64,000 nt of DNA from an uncultured Candidatus Saccharibacteria bacterium (GTDB taxonomy: Bacteria; Patescibacteriota; Minisyncoccia; Phycocordibacterales; UBA12088), in contig CAZHFF010000001.1 in assembly GCA_964531785.1 (NCBI GenBank), positions 84,338 to 148,337 of the forward strand, given 5' to 3'. The notes beneath the pieces are model-generated. The model did not search any database. It was not told the DNA's origin and was given only the letters and a program-made list of their open reading frames with translations. Shown here one piece after another: positions 20,149 through 29,835 of the stretch; the stretch's first letter is position 1, and every line of letters begins with the position of its first letter. Both the position numbers and the translations under genes were made by a program.

Positions 20149-21357
20149 ATGAGGATCCAAGACATTGCAAAGCTCTCGACGCGTATGTTCAAGACGAACC
20201 CTGCGCGTACCTGGCTTACGATCCTCGGCATGGGCGTCGGTACCGGAGCGGTCGTGACGCTCGTGGGCTTGGGTTTCGGCCTTCAGAACATCATCCTCGA
20301 GCAGATCGTCTTCGGTGAGACGCTCCTGTCGCTCAATGTGACACCTCCGCCGTCCCGTTCCGTCGACCTGAACCCGCAAACGGTACAAGAATTCTTTGAG
20401 ATCGAACGGGTGAACGATGTGGCTCCGATGGCAAGCTTTGCAGCGCTCATCACCTACGAGGGACTGACGGGCAATACCTTTCTCCAGGGGGCAAACCCGG
20501 CGTTTTTGCGGTTCACAGGCGCAAAAGAGGTGGCGGGGAGGCTCTTTGACGACAAGACCCTTGCCGAGGATACAGGGAGCGTGCTCCTCTCGAGCGCCAT
20601 GCTCAAGCTCTTCGAGGTGGAAGACCCCGAGGAGGCTATTGGGAAGCAGGTCTCGTTCAGGGTCTTTGTGCCGGTCGCGGGGACGAACGACACAAAGGAA
20701 GCAGAGCTGCGTAAGCGCTACACTATCGTTGGTGTTACGAACGAGGAGAGTCGACCTACCGCGATGGTGCTCCTTGATGAACTCTCGACCCAGCTCCAGG
20801 TTTCGAGCTATGAGCGTGTCCAGGTGCGTGTCGAAGCAAGCGAGTACCTCGACCAGGTCTCAGAAGCCATCGTCGAGCGTGGGTATGGTGTGACCGCACT
20901 CTCGAAGACCGTTGAACAGGCGAACAAGATCTTCCAGGGCATCCAGGCGGTGCTGGCGGTCTTTGGTGGTATCGCACTCGTCGTTTCTGCGATAGGTATG
21001 TTCAACACTATGACCGTCACCCTCCTCGAACGTACGGGAGAGATCGGTATCATGCGTACCCTCGGCGCATCATCGAACGATATTCAGATATTGTTCGTTT
21101 CCGAGGCCGTGATCGTGGGTTTTTTGGGAGGCATCGTCGGCATTTCGATCGGAGTCGGTATCGGTTTTGCGCTCAATACGATGGTCAATGTGGCAGCATC
21201 CAATTTCGGCGGTAAGGCGGTAGCGCTGTTCGCCTACCCGATCCCGTTCATCCTGTTCATCGCCGCGTTCTCAGCAATAGTCGGGTTTCTCACGGGAGTG
21301 TTCCCGGCACGGCGCGCGGCAGGGCTCAATCCGCTCGATGCTATCAGGTACAAGTAA
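20149..21357 (+). CDS. ABC transporter permease, MacB/FtsX family.
   Basis: N-terminal TM, large periplasmic domain, C-terminal FtsX-like 3-TM region (RTLGASSNDIQILFVSEAVIVGFLGGIVGI). Directly downstream of the ABC ATPase. Confidence 0.85.
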   Translation: MRIQDIAKLSTRMFKTNPARTWLTILGMGVGTGAVVTLVGLGFGLQNIILEQIVFGETLLSLNVTPPPSRSVDLNPQTVQEFFEIERVNDVAPMASFAALITYEGLTGNTFLQGANPAFLRFTGAKEVAGRLFDDKTLAEDTGSVLLSSAMLKLFEVEDPEEAIGKQVSFRVFVPVAGTNDTKEAELRKRYTIVGVTNEESRPTAMVLLDELSTQLQVSSYERVQVRVEASEYLDQVSEAIVERGYGVTALSKTVEQANKIFQGIQAVLAVFGGIALVVSAIGMFNTMTVTLLERTGEIGIMRTLGASSNDIQILFVSEAVIVGFLGGIVGISIGVGIGFALNTMVNVAASNFGGKAVALFAYPIPFILFIAAFSAIVGFLTGVFPARRAAGLNPLDAIRYK

Positions 21358-21420
21358 CGTGGTGAAAAGTCAGAACGTAAAGAGCAACGTCAAAAGTGCA
21401 GGTCAATATTCACTAGAACC
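21358..21420. repeat. AT-rich element, half copy (copy D), downstream of the permease gene.
   Basis: GAAAAGTCAGAACGTAAAGAGCAACGTCAAAAGTGCAGGTCAATATTCAC shares the word structure. The inverted partner is weak. Confidence 0.35.
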
Positions 21421-21686
21421 GCGCACCAACCGCTCGACGGTTCCAAGAGCATAACGGTGACGCGCAATCGTCTCCTCTCATCCTTCACCTCGCACTGCTG
21501 CACGTTGCCTCTTGACCTATGCATGTCTTCTGATTATTTCGCAATACCCACGTGCCCCGCCCACGCCCTTTGATGCAGGATACCGTGCCCTGCTGCCTGC
21601 CAGCACGTTATCCACACATACTAGGTGAGTTTCCCCCCTTGTTTTCCACTTTACGGTATACTTTCATAAAGCCCCGTACGGAGCGT

Positions 21687-23567
21687 ATGCAGCACCACAA
21701 CGCGATAGCAACTGATGCAGGAAAAGCGAGCATCGCGATGCTCGTTTCGTTCTGTGCGGTTCTCGTGCTTGCCGTACTCTTCGGTGTGGGAGACCGTGGC
21801 GCGGTGTCGAACGTTCAGGCGACCACGACCGCGACCACGACCGTTACCGTCCTGAACCAGCCTCCGCAGTGGACCGAGACCGCCCGTGAGTACTACCCCT
21901 CCTCGACCTCGACCCCGACCAATTCCGGCACCTCGACGGTCTGGACCGCAATAGGTACCGATAGCAACAGCGAGAACTACTACCTCCTGATCTGTAAATC
22001 GAGTTCGACCCCTACCGCGCAGTCGCTTGCCGCTCCCGCTTGCGGCGGCGGCACGACCGACCTGTGGGGCGTATCGACCTCGACCATAAGCGGGCAACGC
22101 GCGTTCGTCAGTACGACGACCACGAATGATTGGGCAGAGAAGAACGATTGGTACGCGTACATCTGCGACTACAATGAGGGCAGTCCGCGCTGTAATGCAG
22201 CCATGTACAACGGCCTGCATGAACCGGGCGAAGCGTCGGCAACGAGCTCGCCATTCATGGTGAACCGGCGCCCGATCCTCACCTCCGCCACCGACGATTC
22301 ACCGACCTTGCCGGGCGCTACGACGACGTGGAACGCGGTAGCAGACGACCCTGACAGTGTTGGAGGTGATGACACCATCAAGCTCCATGTCTGCAAGGCT
22401 CAAGATTTCAACGTGACGCTCGGAGTTTGTGGAGGCGGCGGCTTCTGGGCAAGTTCGACGTTCGTTACCTCGAACCCGAGCGCAGAGGGGTATATCACCA
22501 TACCAATGCAGGACACCAATTATGGAGCGTACGTCTACCTCATTGACGAACATGGTCATGTGTCGGATAGCCTTTGGCACGGGTCGAGTACGGTCTTGAC
22601 CGTGGCGAACGCAGCCCCGTACGTTTCATCGTCGAGCATACAGCTCTACAATACGTTCGGCACCACGACTACGAACCAGAACCTAACGTTGACGGTACCT
22701 GAAGGGGTGACTAACAATTTTGTGCTTCAGTTCGAGGTGAACGACGATAATAGCTGCGAGGCGTTCGGAGGCGGTAACGAGATCACCGCGACACAGATCA
22801 ACGTCTTCAGGTCCGCAGTGGGAGGGGCGCTCGGTGCCGGCTGCGACGCTTCGGGTGAGTTCAATGCGAACAACTGCTATACCCACACTACTAATGCAAC
22901 GAACTGGGCGCCGACCTGCTACCAGGTGCCGGGCTCATGCGCTGGCCCGGCGGATAGCACTGCGGTATGGGAGTGTACGTTCCCGCTCTGGTACGTGGCC
23001 GACGCGACGGATGTTGGTAGCGAGTATGCAGGTGAGGATTGGCGGGGTTCTGCGCGCGCGATCGACGAAGCGTTGACCGGTCCGTATTCGACTTATGATG
23101 GTGGTATCGATGTTGCGGGGTCTGCGAATGTGCAGCAGTTCCTCTCGTTCCGCGCCACGGGGTCGCCCATCGCGTATGGCGCGTGGGAGCCAGGGGAGAA
23201 CACGGGTACCCTGAGCGCGTCGACCACGCTGTATGTGACGGGAAACACGGGTGTTGATGAGGCACTCTCGGGGGACCCTATGTGTATCAACTACCCGACC
23301 TGCTCGAACCTTGCAACTTCGACGATCTTTGTCGGGTACCAGCGATATGCGTCAACGAGCGTCGCGTATGGTTCGGGTATCGAGCTATCGACGAGCACCC
23401 TTGCAACGCGTTTCAACCTGCGTATCCCTAAAACGACCGCTACCTCAAGCCCAACGAATGCAAAGACCTACTGGGGTATAGCGGTGCCTTCGAGCATCAC
23501 CGTCGCGGGCGACTACATAGGCAGGAACTACATCGACGCGCTCGTTTCGCCCTCGGCTGAGTGGTAG
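21687..23567 (+). CDS. Hypothetical secreted or surface protein, Cys- and Thr-rich.
   Basis: Start moved to MQHHNAIATDAGKASIAMLVSFCAVLVLAV, a signal anchor. Thr-rich linker, many paired Cys. GGTATACT lies upstream. A stem plus T-run at about 23617..23642 follows the stop. Confidence 0.55.
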   Translation: MQHHNAIATDAGKASIAMLVSFCAVLVLAVLFGVGDRGAVSNVQATTTATTTVTVLNQPPQWTETAREYYPSSTSTPTNSGTSTVWTAIGTDSNSENYYLLICKSSSTPTAQSLAAPACGGGTTDLWGVSTSTISGQRAFVSTTTTNDWAEKNDWYAYICDYNEGSPRCNAAMYNGLHEPGEASATSSPFMVNRRPILTSATDDSPTLPGATTTWNAVADDPDSVGGDDTIKLHVCKAQDFNVTLGVCGGGGFWASSTFVTSNPSAEGYITIPMQDTNYGAYVYLIDEHGHVSDSLWHGSSTVLTVANAAPYVSSSSIQLYNTFGTTTTNQNLTLTVPEGVTNNFVLQFEVNDDNSCEAFGGGNEITATQINVFRSAVGGALGAGCDASGEFNANNCYTHTTNATNWAPTCYQVPGSCAGPADSTAVWECTFPLWYVADATDVGSEYAGEDWRGSARAIDEALTGPYSTYDGGIDVAGSANVQQFLSFRATGSPIAYGAWEPGENTGTLSASTTLYVTGNTGVDEALSGDPMCINYPTCSNLATSTIFVGYQRYASTSVAYGSGIELSTSTLATRFNLRIPKTTATSSPTNAKTYWGIAVPSSITVAGDYIGRNYIDALVSPSAEW

Positions 23568-23616
23568 GGGGTGTTGTGATCGAATCGTGCTGCTTTGGTG
23601 CATGGTAGCGGGAGGT

Positions 23617-23642
23617 AGAGCGGGCAACCGCTTTTTCTTTTG
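23617..23642 (+). terminator. Candidate Rho-independent terminator after the 21687..23567 gene.
   Basis: AGCGG-gcaa-CCGCT stem followed by TTTTTCTTTTG. Confidence 0.45.
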
Positions 23643-23784
23643 CATAAATCTCCGTGACAGAGGTGAGGTTGCTGCCCACAAGTTGTCTACAGGCGCAAGG
23701 TAGGCGTGGTGTTGTTTTAGGGCTACAATCAAGGAACGAAGCCTTGGCTTCGGTTGGCGTATCGATAAGGTACAATATCACATA

Positions 23785-24831
23785 ATGAGCCGGCTCACGT
23801 TCCTGGCTGCGCTGTTCGTAGTGGCGTTCGTAGGCGCTGAGTGTGCATACGCAGGTTTTGGTATCACGCCGCCCTACGTGCGGAACGATCGTCTGACCCA
23901 GGGGTCTCAGTACACCCAGGAGATCATCATCGTACGCGGTGATCCGGTCGACGACCTCAAGGCGGAGATCGCAGTCAACGTTCCCGGTATCGAAGGCTGG
24001 ATCTCGATAGACCGGGGGAACGAGTTTTTGCTTCCCGCAGGCGTGAAGCAGATTCCCATCCAGGTCACCATACGCGTGCCACAATCCGCGGCATACGAGC
24101 GTCATCAGGGGAATATTCGGATCCGGACCACGTCACCTGACCCGGCTTCCGGTGTGTCGATCGCGCTTGGTGCGCAGATCGACGTCGACATACGTGTGGT
24201 CGATGAGATCCGTGATTTCGAGGTCAAACGGGTACAGATCAGCGAGACCGAGGAGCCCCGCCGCTTCTGGTGGCTCGAGTATCCCGGCAAGATCACGTTC
24301 ACCATGGGTATCGAGAATACGGGAAATGCGCCCACCGCGCCTGCCCGGGTACAGTTCGACATCTACGACAAGCGCGGGAACGTCGTGCTCGAGAGCACCC
24401 AGAACACGAACAGCATCGAGTCCGTGCTGCCGTTCGAGACCCGTGATGTGGTGGCATACCTGCCGACCCGACTTCCCCCAGGAGCATACCTGGTGAAGTA
24501 CTCCGTGTTCCGTTTTGAGGATGAGGTCAAGCGTTCGGGCGAACTCACGTTGTCGGTATTGCCGCAGGGTACCCTGTCAGCCTATGCCGGGTACGGGCTC
24601 GATGGCTTGTCGCTCAAGGACAAGCTCACGCTGATCATACCGGTGGGGCTTCTCGTATTCTTGCTCCTGGTAACGGTCCTTGTTTTGAATCTCCGGAGAC
24701 ACCGAAAGCGCAGGCAACCGGCGCGTAGACGGCAGCAGGTTGATGATGACCCCCCACCTCCCGCTCATCCGCGCCCTCGTGCGGCCACATCGGGCCACGG
24801 CGTTGTCGACCTCTCGAGAAGGAACCGTTAG
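23785..24831 (+). CDS. Cell-surface protein: signal peptide, beta-sandwich domains, C-terminal TM anchor and basic/Pro-rich tail.
   Basis: MSRLTFLAALFVVAFVGAECAYA signal peptide. C-terminal TM LTLIIPVGLLVFLLLVTVLVL followed by RRHRKRRQ. AGGTACAAT sits 8 nt before the ATG. First gene of the cohesin/dockerin cluster. Confidence 0.55.
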   Translation: MSRLTFLAALFVVAFVGAECAYAGFGITPPYVRNDRLTQGSQYTQEIIIVRGDPVDDLKAEIAVNVPGIEGWISIDRGNEFLLPAGVKQIPIQVTIRVPQSAAYERHQGNIRIRTTSPDPASGVSIALGAQIDVDIRVVDEIRDFEVKRVQISETEEPRRFWWLEYPGKITFTMGIENTGNAPTAPARVQFDIYDKRGNVVLESTQNTNSIESVLPFETRDVVAYLPTRLPPGAYLVKYSVFRFEDEVKRSGELTLSVLPQGTLSAYAGYGLDGLSLKDKLTLIIPVGLLVFLLLVTVLVLNLRRHRKRRQPARRRQQVDDDPPPPAHPRPRAATSGHGVVDLSRRNR

Positions 24832-24834
24832 AGT

Positions 24835-26031
24835 ATGTGGGGCCGCTTCTCTCTGTGTGCACGTGAGGTATGCCTCTTGGCGGTGGTGCTTGGCGCACTG
24901 CTCGTGTCCCTTGCGTCGGGTGTGCCGCGCGACGTAGGAGCACAGGTGTATGTTGCAACGACCACCGTGTCGCTCACCGTTTGCGGTGACGGTGTCGTGA
25001 GCGGTGCGGAGTTCTGTGACGACGGCACGAATACCGGGGCGTACGCTGGCTCTATTGCTGGACGGAACTGCGACCCGCTCTGCCGATCCTACGGCCCCTA
25101 TTGTGGTGACAGCATTATCCAGGTGTTCTATGGCGAGGAGTGTGATGATGGGAATAACAGCTCAGGAGATCTGTGCAACAATATTTGCCAGAACGAGACA
25201 CCGCCGGTCACCGTGGGTGGCGGTGGAGGCGGTACGACGGGTGGCGGTGGCGGAAAGAGCAGCGGTACCGGTCAGACGGGGATACCGGGCGCCTCGACGC
25301 AAGGTAACATCGATTTCGTCGGGGAAACGACCGTGCTGGTACGCGGTATGGCGTACCCCGGCGCCACGGTGAGCATTCTGCGTGACGGTGAGCTCGAGCG
25401 CGTCGTCGAGGCGGATTCGAGCGGCATGTTCAACTATGCGCTCAGTGGCCAGACCGCAGGCATCACGACGTTCGGTTTTTGGGCGCTCGATCGAGCGAAC
25501 CGGAGCTCGATCACCTACTCGGCAACGTTCCAGATCGTTGAGAACGCCGCTACCACGCTCTCAGGCATTCTCATACCGCCGACGATCGCGGCAGTACCTG
25601 AAAAGGTACCACCCGGCAGTTCCGTGCAGTTCGAAGGCACCGCGGCCGCGAACAGCTCGGTCCGTGTGTTCGTGGATGCGGCCGATACCCCCGAGGAGAC
25701 CAAGGCAGCTCAATCCGGTGCATATGTCCTTGCGTATGATACGAAAGACCTCGCGGCAGAGCAGTTCCATACGGTGAAAGCCCACTATGTTGACGCGTCG
25801 AACAGCGAGCTTAAGAGCGGTTTCAGTGCACTGCTCAACTTCTACGTGGGCACGCGTGACGTAGCGTCGACCGTGACCGCCGACCTCAATGGCGACCGTG
25901 CGGTGAACCTGACCGATTTCTCGATACTGCTCTTCAATTGGAACTCGAACAACCCGGTGGCTGATATCAACAAGGATGGGGTCGTGTCGCTGCCGGACTT
26001 TTCCATTCTCCTCTTCTACTGGACCGGCTAG
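24835..26031 (+). CDS. Secreted dockerin-containing protein with two Myxococcus-type cysteine-rich repeats and a Gly-rich linker.
   Basis: Two CGDG....E.CDDGN...C repeats. GGGGGGTTGGGGGKSSGTG linker. C-terminal dockerin type-I duplicated Ca-binding repeats DLNGDRAVNLTDFSILLFNW and DINKDGVVSLPDFSILLFYW. Confidence 0.6.
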   Translation: MWGRFSLCAREVCLLAVVLGALLVSLASGVPRDVGAQVYVATTTVSLTVCGDGVVSGAEFCDDGTNTGAYAGSIAGRNCDPLCRSYGPYCGDSIIQVFYGEECDDGNNSSGDLCNNICQNETPPVTVGGGGGGTTGGGGGKSSGTGQTGIPGASTQGNIDFVGETTVLVRGMAYPGATVSILRDGELERVVEADSSGMFNYALSGQTAGITTFGFWALDRANRSSITYSATFQIVENAATTLSGILIPPTIAAVPEKVPPGSSVQFEGTAAANSSVRVFVDAADTPEETKAAQSGAYVLAYDTKDLAAEQFHTVKAHYVDASNSELKSGFSALLNFYVGTRDVASTVTADLNGDRAVNLTDFSILLFNWNSNNPVADINKDGVVSLPDFSILLFYWTG

Positions 26032-26123
26032 CCGCTATGGTGAGGAAACACCCTTGCCCGAGTACCAGCGCTGTCCACCGCGCCAGTATCTTCTTGCTTG
26101 CTGGCTTGGGGTATACTGTATGC

Positions 26124-27170
26124 ATGCGTGCGCTCAGAGCACCTCTGTTTCTGCTACTTGCCGTGTATATGCTGCCGTTTCCGGTACAAGCGGCGCGGGT
26201 GTACCTTGACCCTGGTGCGACCGAACAAGGCAGGCTCGATACGTGGTACCTTCCGGTACGGATCGACACCGAAGGAGCCTGTATCAATGCGGTCACGGTG
26301 AAGGTGAACTATGACCCTGCGCTCGTGAGCGTGATCGATACCTCGCGTGGCAACTCGATCATACCGCTCTGGGTAGATCACCCGAGCGTCGCCCGTGAAG
26401 AAGCGGACCAAGAGGTCGGCGTCGTTTCTTTCACCGGGGGTATTCCTGGCGGCTATTGTGGCCGTGTCCTCGGTGATCCGGGCCAGACCAATACGCTTCT
26501 CACGCTTGTGGTGACAGGCGCGTCGGGCGGGCGGCCGCTCGAAGTCCCGGTCAAGACGCTCTTTACGCTCGATCCGACCACGACCGCATACCTGCACGAT
26601 GGGACCGGCATGGCAGCTGCCATGACGCTCCTCGGGACCGAGGTCACGCTCTATGAGGGCACCAGCACTCCGGCGAACGTCTGGCTCGATGAGGTGCGGA
26701 GCGATACGATCGCGCCTGAGCTGTTCGACATCACCCTCGTACGCGGTCCTTCTGAGGGAAATGTTCGCCACTACATCGTCTTCTCGACGACCGATAAGCA
26801 GAGCGGGATCGATCACTATGAGGTCCGTGAGACCGATCCGCTGCGTTTTGGCTTCCTGACGCTCTTTCCGGACAAGAGCAGCTATTGGATCGAGGCATCA
26901 AGCCCCTACATTCTGCGCGACCAGACACTGCGATCGAAGATCCTGGTCAAAGCCGTCGACAAGAACGGCAATGAGCGGATCGTGACGCTCATGCCAGAAC
27001 TCGATCCACTGGAGCGCGTGCTCCACCCGACCATACTCGCCCTCCTTGCGGTGATCATCGGAGTCCTGGCGTTGATCATCGTCCTGTATACGCGAAGGCG
27101 ACGCACGACGAAACGTCCCGAAACCTTAGGCGGCGAACCCCATGACCATGAAACACAAGATCGTCCTTAG
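26124..27170 (+). CDS. Cohesin-like domain surface protein with C-terminal TM anchor.
   Basis: Start at MRALRAPLFLLLAVYMLPFPVQAA, a signal peptide, with GGGGTATACT 6 nt upstream. Cohesin-like pattern VYLDPGATEQGRLDTWYLPVRIDTEGACINAVTVKVNYDPALVSVIDTSRG. C-terminal TM ILALLAVIIGVLALIIVLY followed by RRRR. Confidence 0.6.
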   Translation: MRALRAPLFLLLAVYMLPFPVQAARVYLDPGATEQGRLDTWYLPVRIDTEGACINAVTVKVNYDPALVSVIDTSRGNSIIPLWVDHPSVAREEADQEVGVVSFTGGIPGGYCGRVLGDPGQTNTLLTLVVTGASGGRPLEVPVKTLFTLDPTTTAYLHDGTGMAAAMTLLGTEVTLYEGTSTPANVWLDEVRSDTIAPELFDITLVRGPSEGNVRHYIVFSTTDKQSGIDHYEVRETDPLRFGFLTLFPDKSSYWIEASSPYILRDQTLRSKILVKAVDKNGNERIVTLMPELDPLERVLHPTILALLAVIIGVLALIIVLYTRRRRTTKRPETLGGEPHDHETQDRP

Positions 27171-28980
27171 TTTCTTGTTCGCGCTTGGTGCGGTCGCGAA
27201 TGCGCCTCATGCAGCGCAGGCAGCGCAGGACGCGGGGCTCTACCTCACGCCGGCGACCGCCGTATTCCCGGTGGGCGAGCCTTTTACGGTCGAGGTTCGT
27301 ATCAGGAATACCGGTGGATCGATAGGTACGGCGGACGCTACGGTGGGATATGAGCCGTCGGATCTCGAGTTCGTTTCGTTCTCGTCGGACGGCTCGATCT
27401 TTGCGTCTATCATCGTCCCCGAAACGAACGAACGAGGTCGGGTCAAGGTCCAGGGCGTGGTCTCGCACGGGAGGTCTTGGAGCGGAGAAGACGGCCTGTT
27501 CGCGACCTTGACGTTCCGTCCGCTGCGGAGCACAGCGACCGAGCTGCGTTTTATGCAGGGTGCCGCGACACCGCTCATGGCGGCGGTCGGCGCATCGAAT
27601 GTCCTGTCACGGCTGGGAGCTGCGACCTACACGCTCGTGCCGAAGGAGATGGTACCTGCGCCAGCTGCGGTCATTGCGGCAACACCTGCTCAGGAGGGTT
27701 CGATCGAGATCACGCCACTTCCTTTGCCGGACGATGGCTGGTTCGGAACAACGTCCGTAAAACTCGCATGGTCCTTGCCTCAGTCGGTCACTGAGATGCG
27801 CACGATCCTCTCCGACAAGCCAGTCGACACGCCTTCAAAGCTGTACCCGGTCCCGGTCTCGTCGGTACTACTCGACGGTCTCGCTGAGGGGACCAACTAC
27901 TTCCATATGCAATGGAAACAGGAGGGGGTCTGGGGGCCCGTTACCCGCTATCCGATCAAGGTCGACCTGACGCCACCTGAACATGTGATCGTGACCGAAG
28001 CCGATCGAACCGACCCGACCGACCCGCGCGCAGCGTTCGTGATCGACAGTGCGGACCTGCTCTCTGGCATCAGTAGCTATTTGATCTCGATCGACAACGA
28101 TGAGCCCGAGGTCTGGGAAAAGAGCAAGGACGAGCTCTATCGTCCGCAGGGTCTTACACCGGGGAGTCACTTGATCACGGTCACTGCACGCGATCGCGCA
28201 GGGAACACGAAGACCGCAGAGCTCGAGTTCCTCGTGCGGTCGCTCGACCCACCTACCATGACCCGCTCTCCTGACCACGTCCTTGCCGGCAACCAGATCA
28301 CCATCGAGGGAACGACCTACCCGAACGCTGAGGTCACGACGTACATCAGTTTCAAGGATGGGGAAGCGACCGAAAAGAAGGTGCGGAGCGATGCGTCGGG
28401 CGCGTTCATCGTCACACTGACCGAGGAGGCACGTCCGGGCAAGTATACCATCTGGTTCTCCGTTGCTGATGAGCGCGGCGCGGTGAGCCCGCCCTCGATC
28501 AAACGGTCGGTCACGGTGACGCAGCCGTATATCATGCTGTTCGGGTCGACCGCGGTCACGTACATGTCGGTGATCGTGCCGCTCGTCGGCCTCATCCTGC
28601 TCCTTGGTTTGATCCTTTGGCTGCTCTACACCTATGTGCGCGGCTACCGAGCCCGCGTTCGGCGTGAGACCGACCAAGCGTACCGTGCGGTCCAAGACGA
28701 GTTCAGCAACCTCGAACAGGACATGGTCAAGCAGATCGGCGTGCTCGAGCAGGCGAACCATGCACGTAAGCTGACCCGCGAAGAGCTCCGCATCCTGACC
28801 GAGCTACGCGAGAAGCTGAACAAGATACAGGAGCACATCTCATCAGAGATCGATGATATCGAGCCGGTCGCACACGAACTCCGGGTACCACCAAAGCGAC
28901 AACGTGAAGAAAGCGCTCTCGCTCGAGTGCGCGAAACGCAGCCGTCGAAACGGACGATAACGATCGAACGAGTGAGGTAA
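27142..28980 (+). CDS. Cohesin-like domain surface protein with Ig-like domains, a TM anchor and a cytoplasmic coiled-coil tail.
   Basis: Signal peptide. LYLTPATAVFPVGEPFTVEVRIRNTGGSIGTADATVGYEPSDLEFVSF resembles a cohesin. TM VIVPLVGLILLLGLILWLLY, then a charged helical tail. Confidence 0.6.
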   Translation: MTMKHKIVLSFLFALGAVANAPHAAQAAQDAGLYLTPATAVFPVGEPFTVEVRIRNTGGSIGTADATVGYEPSDLEFVSFSSDGSIFASIIVPETNERGRVKVQGVVSHGRSWSGEDGLFATLTFRPLRSTATELRFMQGAATPLMAAVGASNVLSRLGAATYTLVPKEMVPAPAAVIAATPAQEGSIEITPLPLPDDGWFGTTSVKLAWSLPQSVTEMRTILSDKPVDTPSKLYPVPVSSVLLDGLAEGTNYFHMQWKQEGVWGPVTRYPIKVDLTPPEHVIVTEADRTDPTDPRAAFVIDSADLLSGISSYLISIDNDEPEVWEKSKDELYRPQGLTPGSHLITVTARDRAGNTKTAELEFLVRSLDPPTMTRSPDHVLAGNQITIEGTTYPNAEVTTYISFKDGEATEKKVRSDASGAFIVTLTEEARPGKYTIWFSVADERGAVSPPSIKRSVTVTQPYIMLFGSTAVTYMSVIVPLVGLILLLGLILWLLYTYVRGYRARVRRETDQAYRAVQDEFSNLEQDMVKQIGVLEQANHARKLTREELRILTELREKLNKIQEHISSEIDDIEPVAHELRVPPKRQREESALARVRETQPSKRTITIERVR

Positions 28981-29025
28981 ACGGTAGACCCGGCGCCCTA
29001 TTGTGTTGCTTGCGTCAATCGGGCC

Positions 29026-29754
29026 CTAGGACCAAAAGAGTACGAGGCCGCCGAGCCGGGTTGAGTCAGCCATGTTCGAGATGATGATCGCAAGGTCGGC
29101 GAGCGTTATCTTGCCGTCCTGATCAAGGTCGTACTGCGCCTCGTAGGCGAGGAACAGCCTTGACGAAACGATGCCAAAGTCGATCAGGTTGACCTGCGCA
29201 TCACCGTTTATATCGGGTGAGGGTGCCGACGCTTCCCGTACCGAGAGGATGATCGGACTTTTTTTGCTGGTGAGCTCTGTGCCCTGTCCGTCGTGGGCGA
29301 GTACGTGCGCCTCCCCCCAGAGCACGCTCGCCTTACCCTGTTCGAGCGGACGGAGCGTGAGCGTGAAGAGCGTCCCGGACCCGGTAAAACCGGTCGGAGA
29401 GACGACGCCGCCTGCAAATCGTAGCTCGCCGTCCTTCAGCACCGGTTCCTCTGCCCAGAGGTCAATGATCGAGCCGTCGTAGGCGATCCGCTCGACCACG
29501 AACTTGTCCATAGGCACAGCGATCGTGCCGCTCACCACGTTGATCGGCTGCTTGCTCGCTAGGTTGACCTGGAGCGTAACCTGCTCACCGACCGCAACGA
29601 AGCGCCCATCTTCGGGTACCAGGTACACGTCATACGGGCTTCGTATGAAGGAGAGCGATGTTGCCAATAGAACGATGACCGGCAGGCCTACTGCCAGGGT
29701 GTACCTATGGCGCAACAGCTGGTGTGTTACCATCCGGAACATCAGTACCTCCAT
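29026..29754 (-). CDS. Signal-anchored protein carrying both a cohesin-like domain and a C-terminal dockerin; possible adaptor.
   Basis: Start moved to MEVLMFRMVTHQLL...LAVGLPVIVLLATSL, a TM segment. Cohesin-like YLVPEDGRFVAVGEQVTLQVNLASKQPINVVSGTIAVPMDKFVVERIAYDGS. Dockerin repeats DINGDAQVNLIDFGIV and DLDQDGKITLADLAIIISNM. Confidence 0.55.
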   Translation of the reverse strand: MEVLMFRMVTHQLLRHRYTLAVGLPVIVLLATSLSFIRSPYDVYLVPEDGRFVAVGEQVTLQVNLASKQPINVVSGTIAVPMDKFVVERIAYDGSIIDLWAEEPVLKDGELRFAGGVVSPTGFTGSGTLFTLTLRPLEQGKASVLWGEAHVLAHDGQGTELTSKKSPIILSVREASAPSPDINGDAQVNLIDFGIVSSRLFLAYEAQYDLDQDGKITLADLAIIISNMADSTRLGGLVLFWS

Positions 29755-29835
29755 AGTACCAGGAACAGGATCCCTGTGGAGCCTGTGCTGGTGATAACTC
29801 GGTCCGCATGCTCGCGACGCGCGTATACTGGAGGT

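Noticed and set aside
25180-25275. G-rich tract considered as a possible simple repeat or spacer-like array
   Set aside because: It is an in-frame Gly/Thr linker of the dockerin protein, not a CRISPR or non-coding repeat.
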